Source: Candidatus Nomurabacteria bacterium (GTDB lineage Bacteria; Patescibacteriota; Minisyncoccia; Phycocordibacterales; UBA9973). From it: a stretch of DNA of 64,000 nt. The notes beneath the pieces are model-generated. The model saw only the letters and a program-made list of their open reading frames with translations. It made no database searches and had not been told where the DNA came from. The position numbers and the translations under genes were made by a program. Below, piece after piece: positions 16,587 through 26,559 of the stretch. The stretch spans positions 507,524-571,523 of the forward strand of contig CP064973.1 of the NCBI GenBank assembly GCA_016699365.1. The letters are read 5' to 3'. Position 1 is the stretch's first letter. Every line of letters starts with the position of its first letter.

Positions 16587-19139
16587 ATGTTTTTTCGTCG
16601 TAGAAGTAAGACGAGTCATATAAAAAATACATGGATAGAAGATGTCACGATTTCTGGTAAATCTAAGGTTCTTTCTCTGCGACCAACCTATTTTGTAATA
16701 AGAATTGATAAACAAAAAATACGCGAACTTTTCAGTAAGGATAAATATTTTATAGGTTATGGTTTGGTTGTATTGATGGTGCTAGCGGTTTCATCTCTAT
16801 CAAATCCTACAAAAGCTGATGTTGTAAATTTCTATCCCACAAGCTGTCTTGGTGGTTGGGAGAATCCTGAAAATGCAACAGGTGCTCCGAGTTTGGAGAA
16901 AGATGACAGTATAGAATCTTTCAATGACGAGAACTCAGCTCGTATGCGTGGCACATCAGATATATTCTGCGGTGGGTTTGAAGGAGAGATACCTCCAGAA
17001 GCAATCGCCAATTCTTTTTCTTTGAGTTTTAGAATTTCTGTCGACGATGGATCTGTTGAACATAGTAAGACAGAGATACTTGTTGTTCCAGAAACTGAAG
17101 ATGTCCGAGTTGGTACTGACAATATAGAAATAATAGAAATAGAAAATTCAAATGACGGGACTCAATCAACTGATTCTTTAGAAAGTGATGTTTTAGATAG
17201 TGGAGTAGATTCTACAGATACTGTTCAATCAGAAGAAGCTCCATCAGTTGCTCCAGAAGTTATTGAGCAAGTAATTGAAGTCGAAGCTCCGGCAGAAGAA
17301 TCTCCAGAGCCAGTAAGTTCACCGGAGCCAGAACCTAGTCCCGCAGAGCCTGCTGGTGAATCTGCATTTCTTAGATTCTTTACAAAGAGAGTGCATGCTG
17401 AAGGTGAAGATATATCAAGTGTGGAAACAGCAGAACCACAAATAGTTGAGGTGGTAGTAGATGAACCTGTTGTGATAGAAGAAATTCCAGAACCACAATC
17501 TGAAAACCTAGAGCAAGCAGATACTAGTTCTGGTGAAGTTATAAATATAGACAGATCTTCATCTGAAAACGGTGAAGCCGATTTGGATAGTACTCCAAAT
17601 GAAGATTCAGAAAATATTGCAGAGGTTATACCAAACGATGCAATATTGAAAATTGTTTATACATTGGATGGAGAAAAGTGGGTGTCACTCGGATATGTTT
17701 CTATGAGTTCTTGGAAAGATTTGAATTTTAGTCTGCCTCTGAAGGAATGGTCAGATGTAAATAGTTTTCAAATAAAATTGGAACAAGTTTCTAGTTTCGA
17801 TGAAAAGCCTGTTGTGTTTTTGGATTCAGTTATTCTTTCAGCTGAATACGACGGACTAGGAGAAGATCCTATAAGACAGCCAGATTTTGGTACAGATGTA
17901 ATCTTGTCTGATAAAACAATTGACGATATAAGAGTAATAAAGATTTTACGCAACGATATACCGATGATTTGGTATACAAAGATTCCACCAGCAGTAGAGC
18001 TTCCAGAAGGTGAGATAATAGAAGAACAGGGTGGTGTAGAAATTATAGTTGTAACAGAAGATGAAACTGAGGGGTCTCTCGATAACCCAGTAGAAGTAGA
18101 GGTTGTAGCTCCAGTAGAAGAGATAGTAGAACCAGAAGTAGTGGAAACAATAGAGGAGCCTGTTGTCGAAACTTTGCCAGTAGATCTGGCTCCGGAAAAT
18201 ACAGAAATAGTTCCATCAGAGAATACAGAAATTATTTCATTTGGTAGAAAAATCAAAAATCTTTTTGGTGTACTGCAAGTATATGCTGAAGGTGAAGATG
18301 GTGGTGGTGAATCTTCAGGAGGTAGTGGTGGCGAGAGTGGTGGCGGAGAAAGCTCTTCTAGCGGAGGAGATTCATCTTCTTCGGCAGAGAGTAGTTCAAG
18401 TACTTCAGAATCTTCTGCGGGTGACGAAGCTTCTTCAGCTAGTAGTACAAGCGACGGAAGTGAAGCTGGTTCTTCTGAGAATTCTATTTCTGATAGTACT
18501 GTAGACAATCCTGATTCATCAGAAAATTCTGTAGTATCAGAAGACAATTCTGAAACATTAAATTCAGATGCAATTATAGAAAATCAAGTAAATGATTCAA
18601 TAAACAAAGTTCTAGATGATATAAATATTGGTGAGAGTGGTAATATTATTATCGACACTATTCATAAATATGATAATAGTGATGTTAAAATCACAGAGGA
18701 TCTTATTTTGAGTACAACAGAAGCTATTGTCCCAGGACTTACTCCTATTTCATATACAGAAGAACAAATCATGAACGAGAGAGCTAGTGGAACAGAGTGG
18801 AATTTGGTTGCGTTGGGATCAAGCGTAGATGTTGCGACCACTGTCGACGTGAGTGGAGGTATAATCTTTTGGTTTGCTCCGGGCAATACTGCAATTTATC
18901 AATACAACACAGCTTCAGGGGGAATTTCTTCTGAAGGAATTAGTTCCACAGTTGATTCTGAGATAAAATATTTAGAACCAAACGGTGATATTTCAGAGAT
19001 ATCTGTAGACGCACAGAATTCCGAACTCATCACACCCAAAGAAGAAAAAGATACTTTAGAAATAGAGTCTATATCGAATTCAGAAAGCATAAAAGAAGAG
19101 GGTGTGGAAGATATTACGACAAAGGAAAAAATTGATTAA
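16587..19139 (+). CDS. large acidic low-complexity surface protein (850 aa) with N-terminal TM anchor
   Basis: A TM helix (GYGLVVLMVLAVSSL), then Glu/Ser/Pro/Val-rich tracts (PEPVSSPEPEPSPAEPAGE; GGGESSGGSGGESGGGESSSSGGDSSSSAESSSS). A ...AEGED motif preceded by a hydrophobic stretch occurs twice. Confidence 0.6.
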   Translation: MFFRRRSKTSHIKNTWIEDVTISGKSKVLSLRPTYFVIRIDKQKIRELFSKDKYFIGYGLVVLMVLAVSSLSNPTKADVVNFYPTSCLGGWENPENATGAPSLEKDDSIESFNDENSARMRGTSDIFCGGFEGEIPPEAIANSFSLSFRISVDDGSVEHSKTEILVVPETEDVRVGTDNIEIIEIENSNDGTQSTDSLESDVLDSGVDSTDTVQSEEAPSVAPEVIEQVIEVEAPAEESPEPVSSPEPEPSPAEPAGESAFLRFFTKRVHAEGEDISSVETAEPQIVEVVVDEPVVIEEIPEPQSENLEQADTSSGEVINIDRSSSENGEADLDSTPNEDSENIAEVIPNDAILKIVYTLDGEKWVSLGYVSMSSWKDLNFSLPLKEWSDVNSFQIKLEQVSSFDEKPVVFLDSVILSAEYDGLGEDPIRQPDFGTDVILSDKTIDDIRVIKILRNDIPMIWYTKIPPAVELPEGEIIEEQGGVEIIVVTEDETEGSLDNPVEVEVVAPVEEIVEPEVVETIEEPVVETLPVDLAPENTEIVPSENTEIISFGRKIKNLFGVLQVYAEGEDGGGESSGGSGGESGGGESSSSGGDSSSSAESSSSTSESSAGDEASSASSTSDGSEAGSSENSISDSTVDNPDSSENSVVSEDNSETLNSDAIIENQVNDSINKVLDDINIGESGNIIIDTIHKYDNSDVKITEDLILSTTEAIVPGLTPISYTEEQIMNERASGTEWNLVALGSSVDVATTVDVSGGIIFWFAPGNTAIYQYNTASGGISSEGISSTVDSEIKYLEPNGDISEISVDAQNSELITPKEEKDTLEIESISNSESIKEEGVEDITTKEKID

Positions 19140-19141
19140 AA

Positions 19142-22100
19142 ATGAAATTTTTATATCTTAAAACAAAAATAAATAAAATTTCAAATTTTTTTAATTTTAA
19201 AAAAGTTCTAACCATTTTTTTAATTGTGGCATTTTTATTTAGTGGTTTTACAGACATGGTTCTGATGCGTGTTTTAGACAAAAGATCAGAAGAGCCTGTT
19301 GTAAAAAATGCAGAAGCGGCCACCTATCAATTTTTCCCAACTGACGTAGTAGTCGAGACAGGCACTGAGCAAAATGTCACATCTGCGACTATTGCTGCAA
19401 CCGAAGGAACAAACTTAGGTTCTCATCAAGGAATGATGACAAACGATGGTTTCCATTGGCAAGTTGCTGGTGCAGGTGCATCTGGTATCTCTATGGTTGT
19501 TACCATAGGTGGAGTCGGGCTAAACGGTGCAAACAAACTCGATATCGGTACAGAGATAGATATGGATGCTACAGCGTACAGTATGCTTTTTCAGATATGC
19601 GACTTTACTTCAACAACCAACGTAGACAACGCAGCCGATGCAAACTGTACTGGAGGCGGGTGGCGTACAATAAACACTCAGAATGCATCAAACGCCGATG
19701 TAGCATATACGGATACTGCAAACGATCAGTTGCGATGGCAACTTTACAATGGTGTTTTTTCCAACGGAACATCTGATGCCGGTACACCTATCGATACACC
19801 ACTTACGTACTTCGTGAATGGAAGTAATGAAATGAAATTTCGGTACTACTCTACAACAAGCTCTACTTCTGTTGTATCTATAGACTATCTAACTGCATTT
19901 GCATATATAGACTCTGTGTACTATGCAGCAGACTATGTAGATCAGGTTTCTGGTGGAGGTACGGAGACAGGGGTGTATGTAAACTCTGTTCCGATAGTTA
20001 ACAACGCTACCGCATGGACTTCTGCAAGTACAAACGACAACAACCGTGTAGGAGTATCTGCAACTTCGCAGGTCGTAGACTTCTATTTGTCATATCAAAA
20101 TATCAAACAGTATACGGGGATGAATACCATACTCGTCGGTTCTTCGGTGAACTGTACTGGTGCAACAACTATCCGACAGTATTTGTACAACTTTACTGAT
20201 AGCGCATGGGATCAGATAGGTTCGGATGTTTCGTGTACGACATCGGACGTAGATAGATATTTTGCGCACAACTCGGCAGTTGATGGAGGATTTGTATTCA
20301 ATGACTACATATCAGCAGGTGAGATGCGCGTTCGATGGGCGTCGACTGCGTCTGTGACAAACGGTATTTTTGTTGACTGGCAATATGTAATGCTCGGTTC
20401 TGTAAATACAGATTCATCTCTGTGTGAGATATCTTTTGGTACAGGTACTGCAACAAACTGCACAAACACTCGAACTCTCAATACTCTTGCTGCAGCATCT
20501 ACTTTTGATATCGCAGGTGAAGACGAAGCTGCTGCTATGGGAACAGGAGAAGCAAATTCATTTTATCCAAACGATACCGATCAGGATACTACTGTTGAAG
20601 AGGGTGTATCTGCAAATATATCTGTACCGGTAACAGTTCCTGCCAATGCACAAGTGGTTGGTATAAACTGGTCTAGTCGTACGACTTCGCGCAGCACTGG
20701 AACTACGAGAGTTACAAATAGTTTGAGGGATTACTCAGGACTAACTTCTACTACTGGTGGATGGACGGATGTCGGAGCTGCAGTAAACGCAACAACACAG
20801 ACTTATCAAGACAATGTTATAACAGCAGCTGTTTTATCATATGGGCAACAAATAAATCCAGAGGACTATGTCGACACAGTGAACGGTCGTATGAATATGC
20901 GTCTACGTACGTCTACGTCAGGAGCGACAACGGACAACTCTACAACAGCATGGGATTTTGCAATGATGTCTATTCAATGGATAGAGGATTCTAGTAATCC
21001 TACAGTTACGTACCAGTTTACACCTACCGGACAAACTCTGGTTACAGGTACAGATACAACAGCAAATAATACTATTGCCGCGGGAGCAAACGGCGCAAAT
21101 ACTGGCTCATGGAAAGGTACACTTGCTGATGACAATCGTCACTGGGAGCTTACTGGAACAGCGAGTGGTATAGATGTAGAGCTTTTCATGAACGGGGTAA
21201 AGCTCAATGGGGCAAACACTATAATAGTACAGTCTGAAATAGACGTAGATGCTACAGCTCCGACATTGCTTGTACAGATATGTGATTGGGTTTCAACTAC
21301 AAGCGTAGACCATGCTGCAGATTCAAATTGTACAGGAGGAGGGTGGAGGACACTCAACTCTCGTGATGCGGTAATAACACCAACTACAGCAACTGCATAT
21401 ACATGGAACGTCTATGACGGTAAGTGGTCCAACGGATCCAATACTCCAGTTTCTACTCCACTTACGAACTTTGTTACAACCGACTCAAACAAGCGCGTTT
21501 TGGTCAGGTACTATTCAACAACAAACGCTACAACAGCCGGTAACTTCGCGATAGATTATTTGCGTATATATCCTGTGATTAATCCTGTCTATGAACCAGG
21601 TGACGCAACAGCACTTACAAACTCTTTTACTGGAGATTACACAAATGCAAATACAGTCACACAAGGAGGTGCAGACAATACGGACCTTCAGTGTCTCGGT
21701 ACAACCGGTGGGCCAGACTGTTATTTGTCATTTTTCAATGTCAAAACGTATCCGAGTATGAATACAATTCTTGCTCGTTCAGAGTTCGCGTGTACAGCAA
21801 CAACAGAAGCTCCTGAAATAAAAATGGCACTAAGGAATTTTACAACTGGTGCATGGGACGACATAACGACAGAAATACCAAACTGTTCAACAACGGACAC
21901 AGTACGTATCGGTGCCAAAAACAATATTACGGTCAGTGACTATGTTTCAAATGGTGAAGTGCGCTTGCGATATTATAGATCATCTGGAGCTGGTACTGGA
22001 GCAATCCAGATAGACTATTCATATATAATGCTTGGAACTACGAATTCGGATTCTGCTGGGGCCTATTGTTTCATATCATTTGGGACAAACTCAGCAAATG

Positions 22101-23149
22101 ATTGTACTGCAACTCGTACAATAGATATGAATGGTTCTACAAACAACGGTACGACATGGCAGATACTTGCAGAAGATGAGTCGACAAACAGAGGAGCAGG
22201 AGAGGCGAATGACTTCTATTCCTTTGATGTAGATATGAACGCGACAGCTTCTCAGGAGGGGTCGGCCTCGCATACCAAATTTAGCTTGAGTGGAGAGCCA
22301 GCGTACGGCGCTATAACAGGTATTTTCTTTTCATCTCAACATATGGCTGGTACAGCTGGTACTGTCGCCTTAAATATCGCAGACTATTCTGGATATAACA
22401 CAGCAGCAGTTGCTGCGGGAGGGTTCATTGCTCTCGGAGCGACTGCAACAACGGCACTTGTATATACAGACAACATAACCGTAGGTACAGCTATATCTGG
22501 AGGTGCAGCTGGTTATATGACAAACCCCGATGACTTGGTAAATACCTCAGGTGATGAAGGTTGGTTTAGGTTGCGTACATCGACAGACGGTAGTTCGGCG
22601 TCAAACGCAGTTCGGCAATGGGATTTTGCAATGATGTCTTTGCAGTGGGTGGAGACCGAAGATAGGACTATATCATTTGATATATCAGATACCACTATAG
22701 GATTTGGTCCACTTACAACATCGAATGCTCGCTATGCAACAGGGGATGCAGCTGGTAGCGATACTGAGGCTACAGCCCATACTCTCACAGCGTCTTCAAG
22801 TGCAGCTGGTGGATATACAATAACAGTAGAAGGTCCTACACTAACTAGTGCTGGCGGCACAATAGATGCAATTGGTAGTACGAATACCGCTTCGAGCGCA
22901 GGAACAGAACAGTTTGGAATCAAGGCTACAGTAGCAGGTATTTCATATTATGATGCCGTAGATGATACATATAGTGGTTCTGGTTATGGATACGACGGCA
23001 CTTCTGGTGCGTCAACATTTGCAACACAGTCACAAGGAGATGGATTTACTTCAACTTATTCAGTTGGTTATATTGCCAACATGTCCACAGGAACAGAAAC
23101 AGGTGCGTATTCTACAGATCTAAACTACATAATGACAGGGAACTTCTAA
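19142..23149 (+). CDS. giant Thr/Asn/Ser/Gly-rich surface protein (1335 aa) with N-terminal TM, two ~510-aa internal repeats and a C-terminal domain shared with the next two genes
   Basis: Repeat 1 (~19440-20990) and repeat 2 (~21130-22660) share ICDFTSTTNVDNAADANCTGGGWRTIN / ICDWVSTTSVDHAADSNCTGGGWRTLN and WDFAMMSIQW / WDFAMMSLQW. The C-terminus ...YIANMSTGTETGAYSTDLNYIMTGNF parallels the paralogs. Confidence 0.7.
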   Translation: MKFLYLKTKINKISNFFNFKKVLTIFLIVAFLFSGFTDMVLMRVLDKRSEEPVVKNAEAATYQFFPTDVVVETGTEQNVTSATIAATEGTNLGSHQGMMTNDGFHWQVAGAGASGISMVVTIGGVGLNGANKLDIGTEIDMDATAYSMLFQICDFTSTTNVDNAADANCTGGGWRTINTQNASNADVAYTDTANDQLRWQLYNGVFSNGTSDAGTPIDTPLTYFVNGSNEMKFRYYSTTSSTSVVSIDYLTAFAYIDSVYYAADYVDQVSGGGTETGVYVNSVPIVNNATAWTSASTNDNNRVGVSATSQVVDFYLSYQNIKQYTGMNTILVGSSVNCTGATTIRQYLYNFTDSAWDQIGSDVSCTTSDVDRYFAHNSAVDGGFVFNDYISAGEMRVRWASTASVTNGIFVDWQYVMLGSVNTDSSLCEISFGTGTATNCTNTRTLNTLAAASTFDIAGEDEAAAMGTGEANSFYPNDTDQDTTVEEGVSANISVPVTVPANAQVVGINWSSRTTSRSTGTTRVTNSLRDYSGLTSTTGGWTDVGAAVNATTQTYQDNVITAAVLSYGQQINPEDYVDTVNGRMNMRLRTSTSGATTDNSTTAWDFAMMSIQWIEDSSNPTVTYQFTPTGQTLVTGTDTTANNTIAAGANGANTGSWKGTLADDNRHWELTGTASGIDVELFMNGVKLNGANTIIVQSEIDVDATAPTLLVQICDWVSTTSVDHAADSNCTGGGWRTLNSRDAVITPTTATAYTWNVYDGKWSNGSNTPVSTPLTNFVTTDSNKRVLVRYYSTTNATTAGNFAIDYLRIYPVINPVYEPGDATALTNSFTGDYTNANTVTQGGADNTDLQCLGTTGGPDCYLSFFNVKTYPSMNTILARSEFACTATTEAPEIKMALRNFTTGAWDDITTEIPNCSTTDTVRIGAKNNITVSDYVSNGEVRLRYYRSSGAGTGAIQIDYSYIMLGTTNSDSAGAYCFISFGTNSANDCTATRTIDMNGSTNNGTTWQILAEDESTNRGAGEANDFYSFDVDMNATASQEGSASHTKFSLSGEPAYGAITGIFFSSQHMAGTAGTVALNIADYSGYNTAAVAAGGFIALGATATTALVYTDNITVGTAISGGAAGYMTNPDDLVNTSGDEGWFRLRTSTDGSSASNAVRQWDFAMMSLQWVETEDRTISFDISDTTIGFGPLTTSNARYATGDAAGSDTEATAHTLTASSSAAGGYTITVEGPTLTSAGGTIDAIGSTNTASSAGTEQFGIKATVAGISYYDAVDDTYSGSGYGYDGTSGASTFATQSQGDGFTSTYSVGYIANMSTGTETGAYSTDLNYIMTGNF

Positions 23150-23179
23150 TTTGTTTTTTTGCAAAATATTATTTTGGTA

Positions 23180-23188
23180 TGCTATAAT
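23180..23188 (+). promoter_or_regulatory. extended -10 element TGCTATAAT upstream of the 23216 paralog
   Basis: ggtatgctataatta lies 28 nt before the ATG. Confidence 0.45.
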
Positions 23189-23215
23189 TAAAGTAACTTT
23201 AGAGAACATACTTAT

Positions 23216-24313
23216 ATGATAAAAAAAATCACAAGTTCAATAATGATACTTTCTGTCATCACTGCAAACTTTGTGGGATTTAGTGATACAGCTTTTGCTG
23301 CAAGTGTAACAACTTTCTCTGATACACTTTCTACACTCACAGCCTCAACTGCGGCGAACCACGAAATACTTTTTATAACTCCAACTGGTGTAGAGGCCAA
23401 CAATGACACGATGATTTTTACTTTTACAGGCTTTGATGGTACATCACTAGACGCAATTGCATTTGGAGATGTAGATCTAGCAGAAAGTACAAATGCCAGC
23501 TGTTCAAACCCAGGTACATGGAACGAGAAAACACTTGCTGCCACAGACGCAGCTTCTACATATGGTGTAGCCACAAACTCCACAACACTTCTTTTTGATC
23601 CACCAACAACATCTGGATATATTACAGCTGGTAATTGTATAAGAATCAAAATCGGAACAAATGCTTCTACTGGTGTTGCTGGTACAAACCAGATTACAAA
23701 CGGAGGAGCTGCAACTGCACACTCAATTGCTATATCAGGAAACTTCGCTGACACAGGAACAGCATCTATAGATATTATTGCTGATGATTCTGTTAGCTTA
23801 AGTGCAACAGTTGATTCAGCTATATCTTTTACTGTAGATGATACAACTATAGGTTTTGGAACCTTGGATGCCGCCGCCGCTAGGTGGGCAACAGGTGATG
23901 CAACAGGAACATCTTCTTTGCCAGGAGATACATCAGGTGCACATCAAATGACACTTTCTACAAACGCAGCCTCTGGATATTCAATCACTTACAACGGAGC
24001 AACGCTCACAAGTGGTGCAAATACTATAGACGTAGCTACTATATCTGAAGATGATGATGGAACTCCTGCCTCAGAGCAGTTCGCGATCGGGCTAGACGAC
24101 AATGGTAGTAATGTAACAATAGTTTCAGACTATGATTTAGCTACTACAAACAGTTATAAGTTTGTTGCAGGTACTACTACAACAGTTGCGTCTGAAACTG
24201 CGCCTACTGCCACAGAGACATTTGATGTTCAGTATATTGCGAATATATCTACAGTGACAGAAGCAGGATCATACTCAACAAATGTTACTTGGATAGCAAC
24301 AGGTAACTTTTAG
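23216..24313 (+). CDS. secreted surface protein, paralog A (signal peptide, C-terminal shared domain ending ...TWIATGNF)
   Basis: Signal peptide MIKKITSSIMILSVITANFVGFSDTAFA. The last ~165 aa are near-identical to the 24407 product and homologous to the C-terminus of the giant protein. Confidence 0.7.
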   Translation: MIKKITSSIMILSVITANFVGFSDTAFAASVTTFSDTLSTLTASTAANHEILFITPTGVEANNDTMIFTFTGFDGTSLDAIAFGDVDLAESTNASCSNPGTWNEKTLAATDAASTYGVATNSTTLLFDPPTTSGYITAGNCIRIKIGTNASTGVAGTNQITNGGAATAHSIAISGNFADTGTASIDIIADDSVSLSATVDSAISFTVDDTTIGFGTLDAAAARWATGDATGTSSLPGDTSGAHQMTLSTNAASGYSITYNGATLTSGANTIDVATISEDDDGTPASEQFAIGLDDNGSNVTIVSDYDLATTNSYKFVAGTTTTVASETAPTATETFDVQYIANISTVTEAGSYSTNVTWIATGNF

Positions 24314-24406
24314 AACATGATATCCACAGTGTTGCTATGATATTTTTTGTGTGTTTATATGGTACAATTTTAAAATAGATTATTAAATTATTATCCAGAT
24401 TCAAAT

Positions 24407-25498
24407 ATGATAAAAAAATTTACAAGCTTCCTAGTAATATTCTCTGTAATCGCTACAAACTTTGTAGGATTTGCAGATAAGGCTCTCGCTGCAAGTGTAA
24501 CAACTTTCTCTGATACACTTTCAACACTACAAGCATCGACTGCTGCGAACCACACAATATACTTTGTAACTCCTACAGGAGTAGCCTCTGGAGGCACAGT
24601 CACTCTTACTTTCGATGCAGACTTTACCGGAGTATCTGCAATTGACGATACAGACTTGGACTTCGCAGAAGGTGACTCTGGTACTTGTACTTCAGCTTCA
24701 TATACAGAAGAAACTCTTGTTGCGTCTGGTGCAACTTCTTCACAGTTCAACGCTTCTGCTTCAGGTCAGGTTATTACTTTTGAATCTGGAGGTGCATCAG
24801 CAACAGTAACAGCAGCTCGATGTATTCGTATCAAGATTGGTACAAACGCAACTTCTGGAGTTACTGGTGCTGAGCAAATCTCAAACGGGGCTGCTGCAAA
24901 CGGACACTCAGTTACAATCGGAGGAACTTTTGGTGACTCAGGTACAGCAGCTATAGATATTATTGCTGATGATTCTGTTAACATAACTGCAACAGTTGAT
25001 CCTACTATTACTTTTACAATATCTGACACCACAGTAGGTTTTGGTACACTAACAACAGGCTCTGCTTCTTGGGCTACTGGAGATTTGGCAGGTGTAACAT
25101 CTGTTCCAGGAGATACATCAGGTGCACATGAAATGACAGTTGCTACAAACGCAGCTTCTGGATACTCAATCACTTACAACGGCGCAACACTTACAAGTGG
25201 TGCAAATACTATAGACGTAGCTACTATATCTGAAGATGATGATGGAACTCCTGCCTCAGAGCAGTTTGCTCTAGGAATAGATGACAACGGTGGAAACGTA
25301 ACTATAGTTTCTGATTACGACCTTGCGACTGCAAACAGTTATAAATTCGTCGCAGGTACTACTACAACAGTCGCATCTGAGACTGTTGCTACAGCAACAG
25401 AAACAATAGATGTGCAGTATATTGCCAATGTATCTGGAGTTACAGAAGCTGGTTCATATACAACTAACGTTACTTGGATAGCAACAGGTAACTTCTAA
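24407..25498 (+). CDS. secreted surface protein, paralog B
   Basis: Signal peptide MIKKFTSFLVIFSVIATNFVGFADKALA. It shares 74-nt and 35-nt identical stretches with paralog A. An extended -10 TGCTATGAT sits at ~24338-24346. Confidence 0.7.
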   Translation: MIKKFTSFLVIFSVIATNFVGFADKALAASVTTFSDTLSTLQASTAANHTIYFVTPTGVASGGTVTLTFDADFTGVSAIDDTDLDFAEGDSGTCTSASYTEETLVASGATSSQFNASASGQVITFESGGASATVTAARCIRIKIGTNATSGVTGAEQISNGAAANGHSVTIGGTFGDSGTAAIDIIADDSVNITATVDPTITFTISDTTVGFGTLTTGSASWATGDLAGVTSVPGDTSGAHEMTVATNAASGYSITYNGATLTSGANTIDVATISEDDDGTPASEQFALGIDDNGGNVTIVSDYDLATANSYKFVAGTTTTVASETVATATETIDVQYIANVSGVTEAGSYTTNVTWIATGNF

Positions 25499-25503
25499 AT
25501 CTT

Positions 25504-26544
25504 ATGCTTAAAAGAACATCAATAGTCACACTATTCGTCGCACTATCATTTGTTTCTTTTGGCTTCACTAAAAACGCTCAAGCGCTAACACTTACTCCTG
25601 TAAGAATAGAAGTTAGTGGTGATGCTGGTAGTACTGTAACAAGTGAGATTACGCTTATAAATGACAGAGATACAGAAGAAACATTCTACTCATCATATGC
25701 AAACTTTGAGGCTCAAGGTGAAACAGGAAGTCCAAACTTCGTAGACCCAACAGAAGGTCTTGGAACATGGATAAAGACAGATGAAGTAGTCGTATTAGGT
25801 CCTGGAACAAGTAAGATCATACCTGTCACAATAACAATACCTTCCAATACTGAACCAGGAGGATACTTTGCTGCTGTATTTTTTGGCACAAATAATCCAA
25901 ACCTTGGAGACGCAGGGAGTGTTTCTATAGGCGCAAAGACTGGAGTCCTAGTACTACTTCGAGTAAATGGTGAAGTAAACGAGCAAGGTGGAATACTAGA
26001 ATACGACACAAAAGATCACAAGAGATTTTTCACATCACTGCCTGTTGATTTTTATTACAGATTTCAAAATACAGGAGGAGATAGAGTTAAGCCAGAAGGA
26101 GATATAACAGTGAAGCATTTTCTAGGTTTTGTTCGAGCGAAAGTTCCAGCAAACCTAGTAGAAGGTAACGTTCTACCAAATCAAATAAGAAGATTTGAAG
26201 CTTCATGGCAGAGTAAGAACGGCAATAGTGTCGCAGTTGATGAGAATTTGAATTTTATTGAAAACGTAAAAAATCAATGGGTCAACTTTGCTTTTGGATA
26301 CTACAAAGCAAATATAAGTCTTGTGTATGGAGAAGGAGACAAGATAACAGAATCTTCTGTAGGAATATGGGTTTTTCCATGGCAACTTCTCATAACTATA
26401 CTAGTAGCCCTATTTATAATAAGATTTATTTGGAAGAAAATATCCATTCATCGCAGAAAAGAATTGATGTCTGAGATGCGCGAAGAGCTGATGAAAGAAA
26501 TGAATAGTAAAAATAGCACTGAAAAGACTCATATACAGTTTTAG
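25504..26544 (+). CDS. secreted protein with C-terminal TM anchor and short basic cytoplasmic tail (DUF916/DUF3324-like architecture, tentative)
   Basis: Signal peptide (cleavage near AQA-LT), a beta-rich ectodomain, then a TM (WQLLITILVALFIIRFIW) and KKISIHRRKEL... tail. Confidence 0.55.
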   Translation: MLKRTSIVTLFVALSFVSFGFTKNAQALTLTPVRIEVSGDAGSTVTSEITLINDRDTEETFYSSYANFEAQGETGSPNFVDPTEGLGTWIKTDEVVVLGPGTSKIIPVTITIPSNTEPGGYFAAVFFGTNNPNLGDAGSVSIGAKTGVLVLLRVNGEVNEQGGILEYDTKDHKRFFTSLPVDFYYRFQNTGGDRVKPEGDITVKHFLGFVRAKVPANLVEGNVLPNQIRRFEASWQSKNGNSVAVDENLNFIENVKNQWVNFAFGYYKANISLVYGEGDKITESSVGIWVFPWQLLITILVALFIIRFIWKKISIHRRKELMSEMREELMKEMNSKNSTEKTHIQF

Positions 26545-26559
26545 TATAGGTAAAGGCCG

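Noticed and set aside
19456-22923. Multiple short ORFs in other frames within the giant surface-protein gene, plus 23212-23754 and 24391-25173 minus-strand ORFs
   Set aside because: They are embedded in long coding genes with strong frame-specific conservation between paralogs, so they are shadow ORFs.
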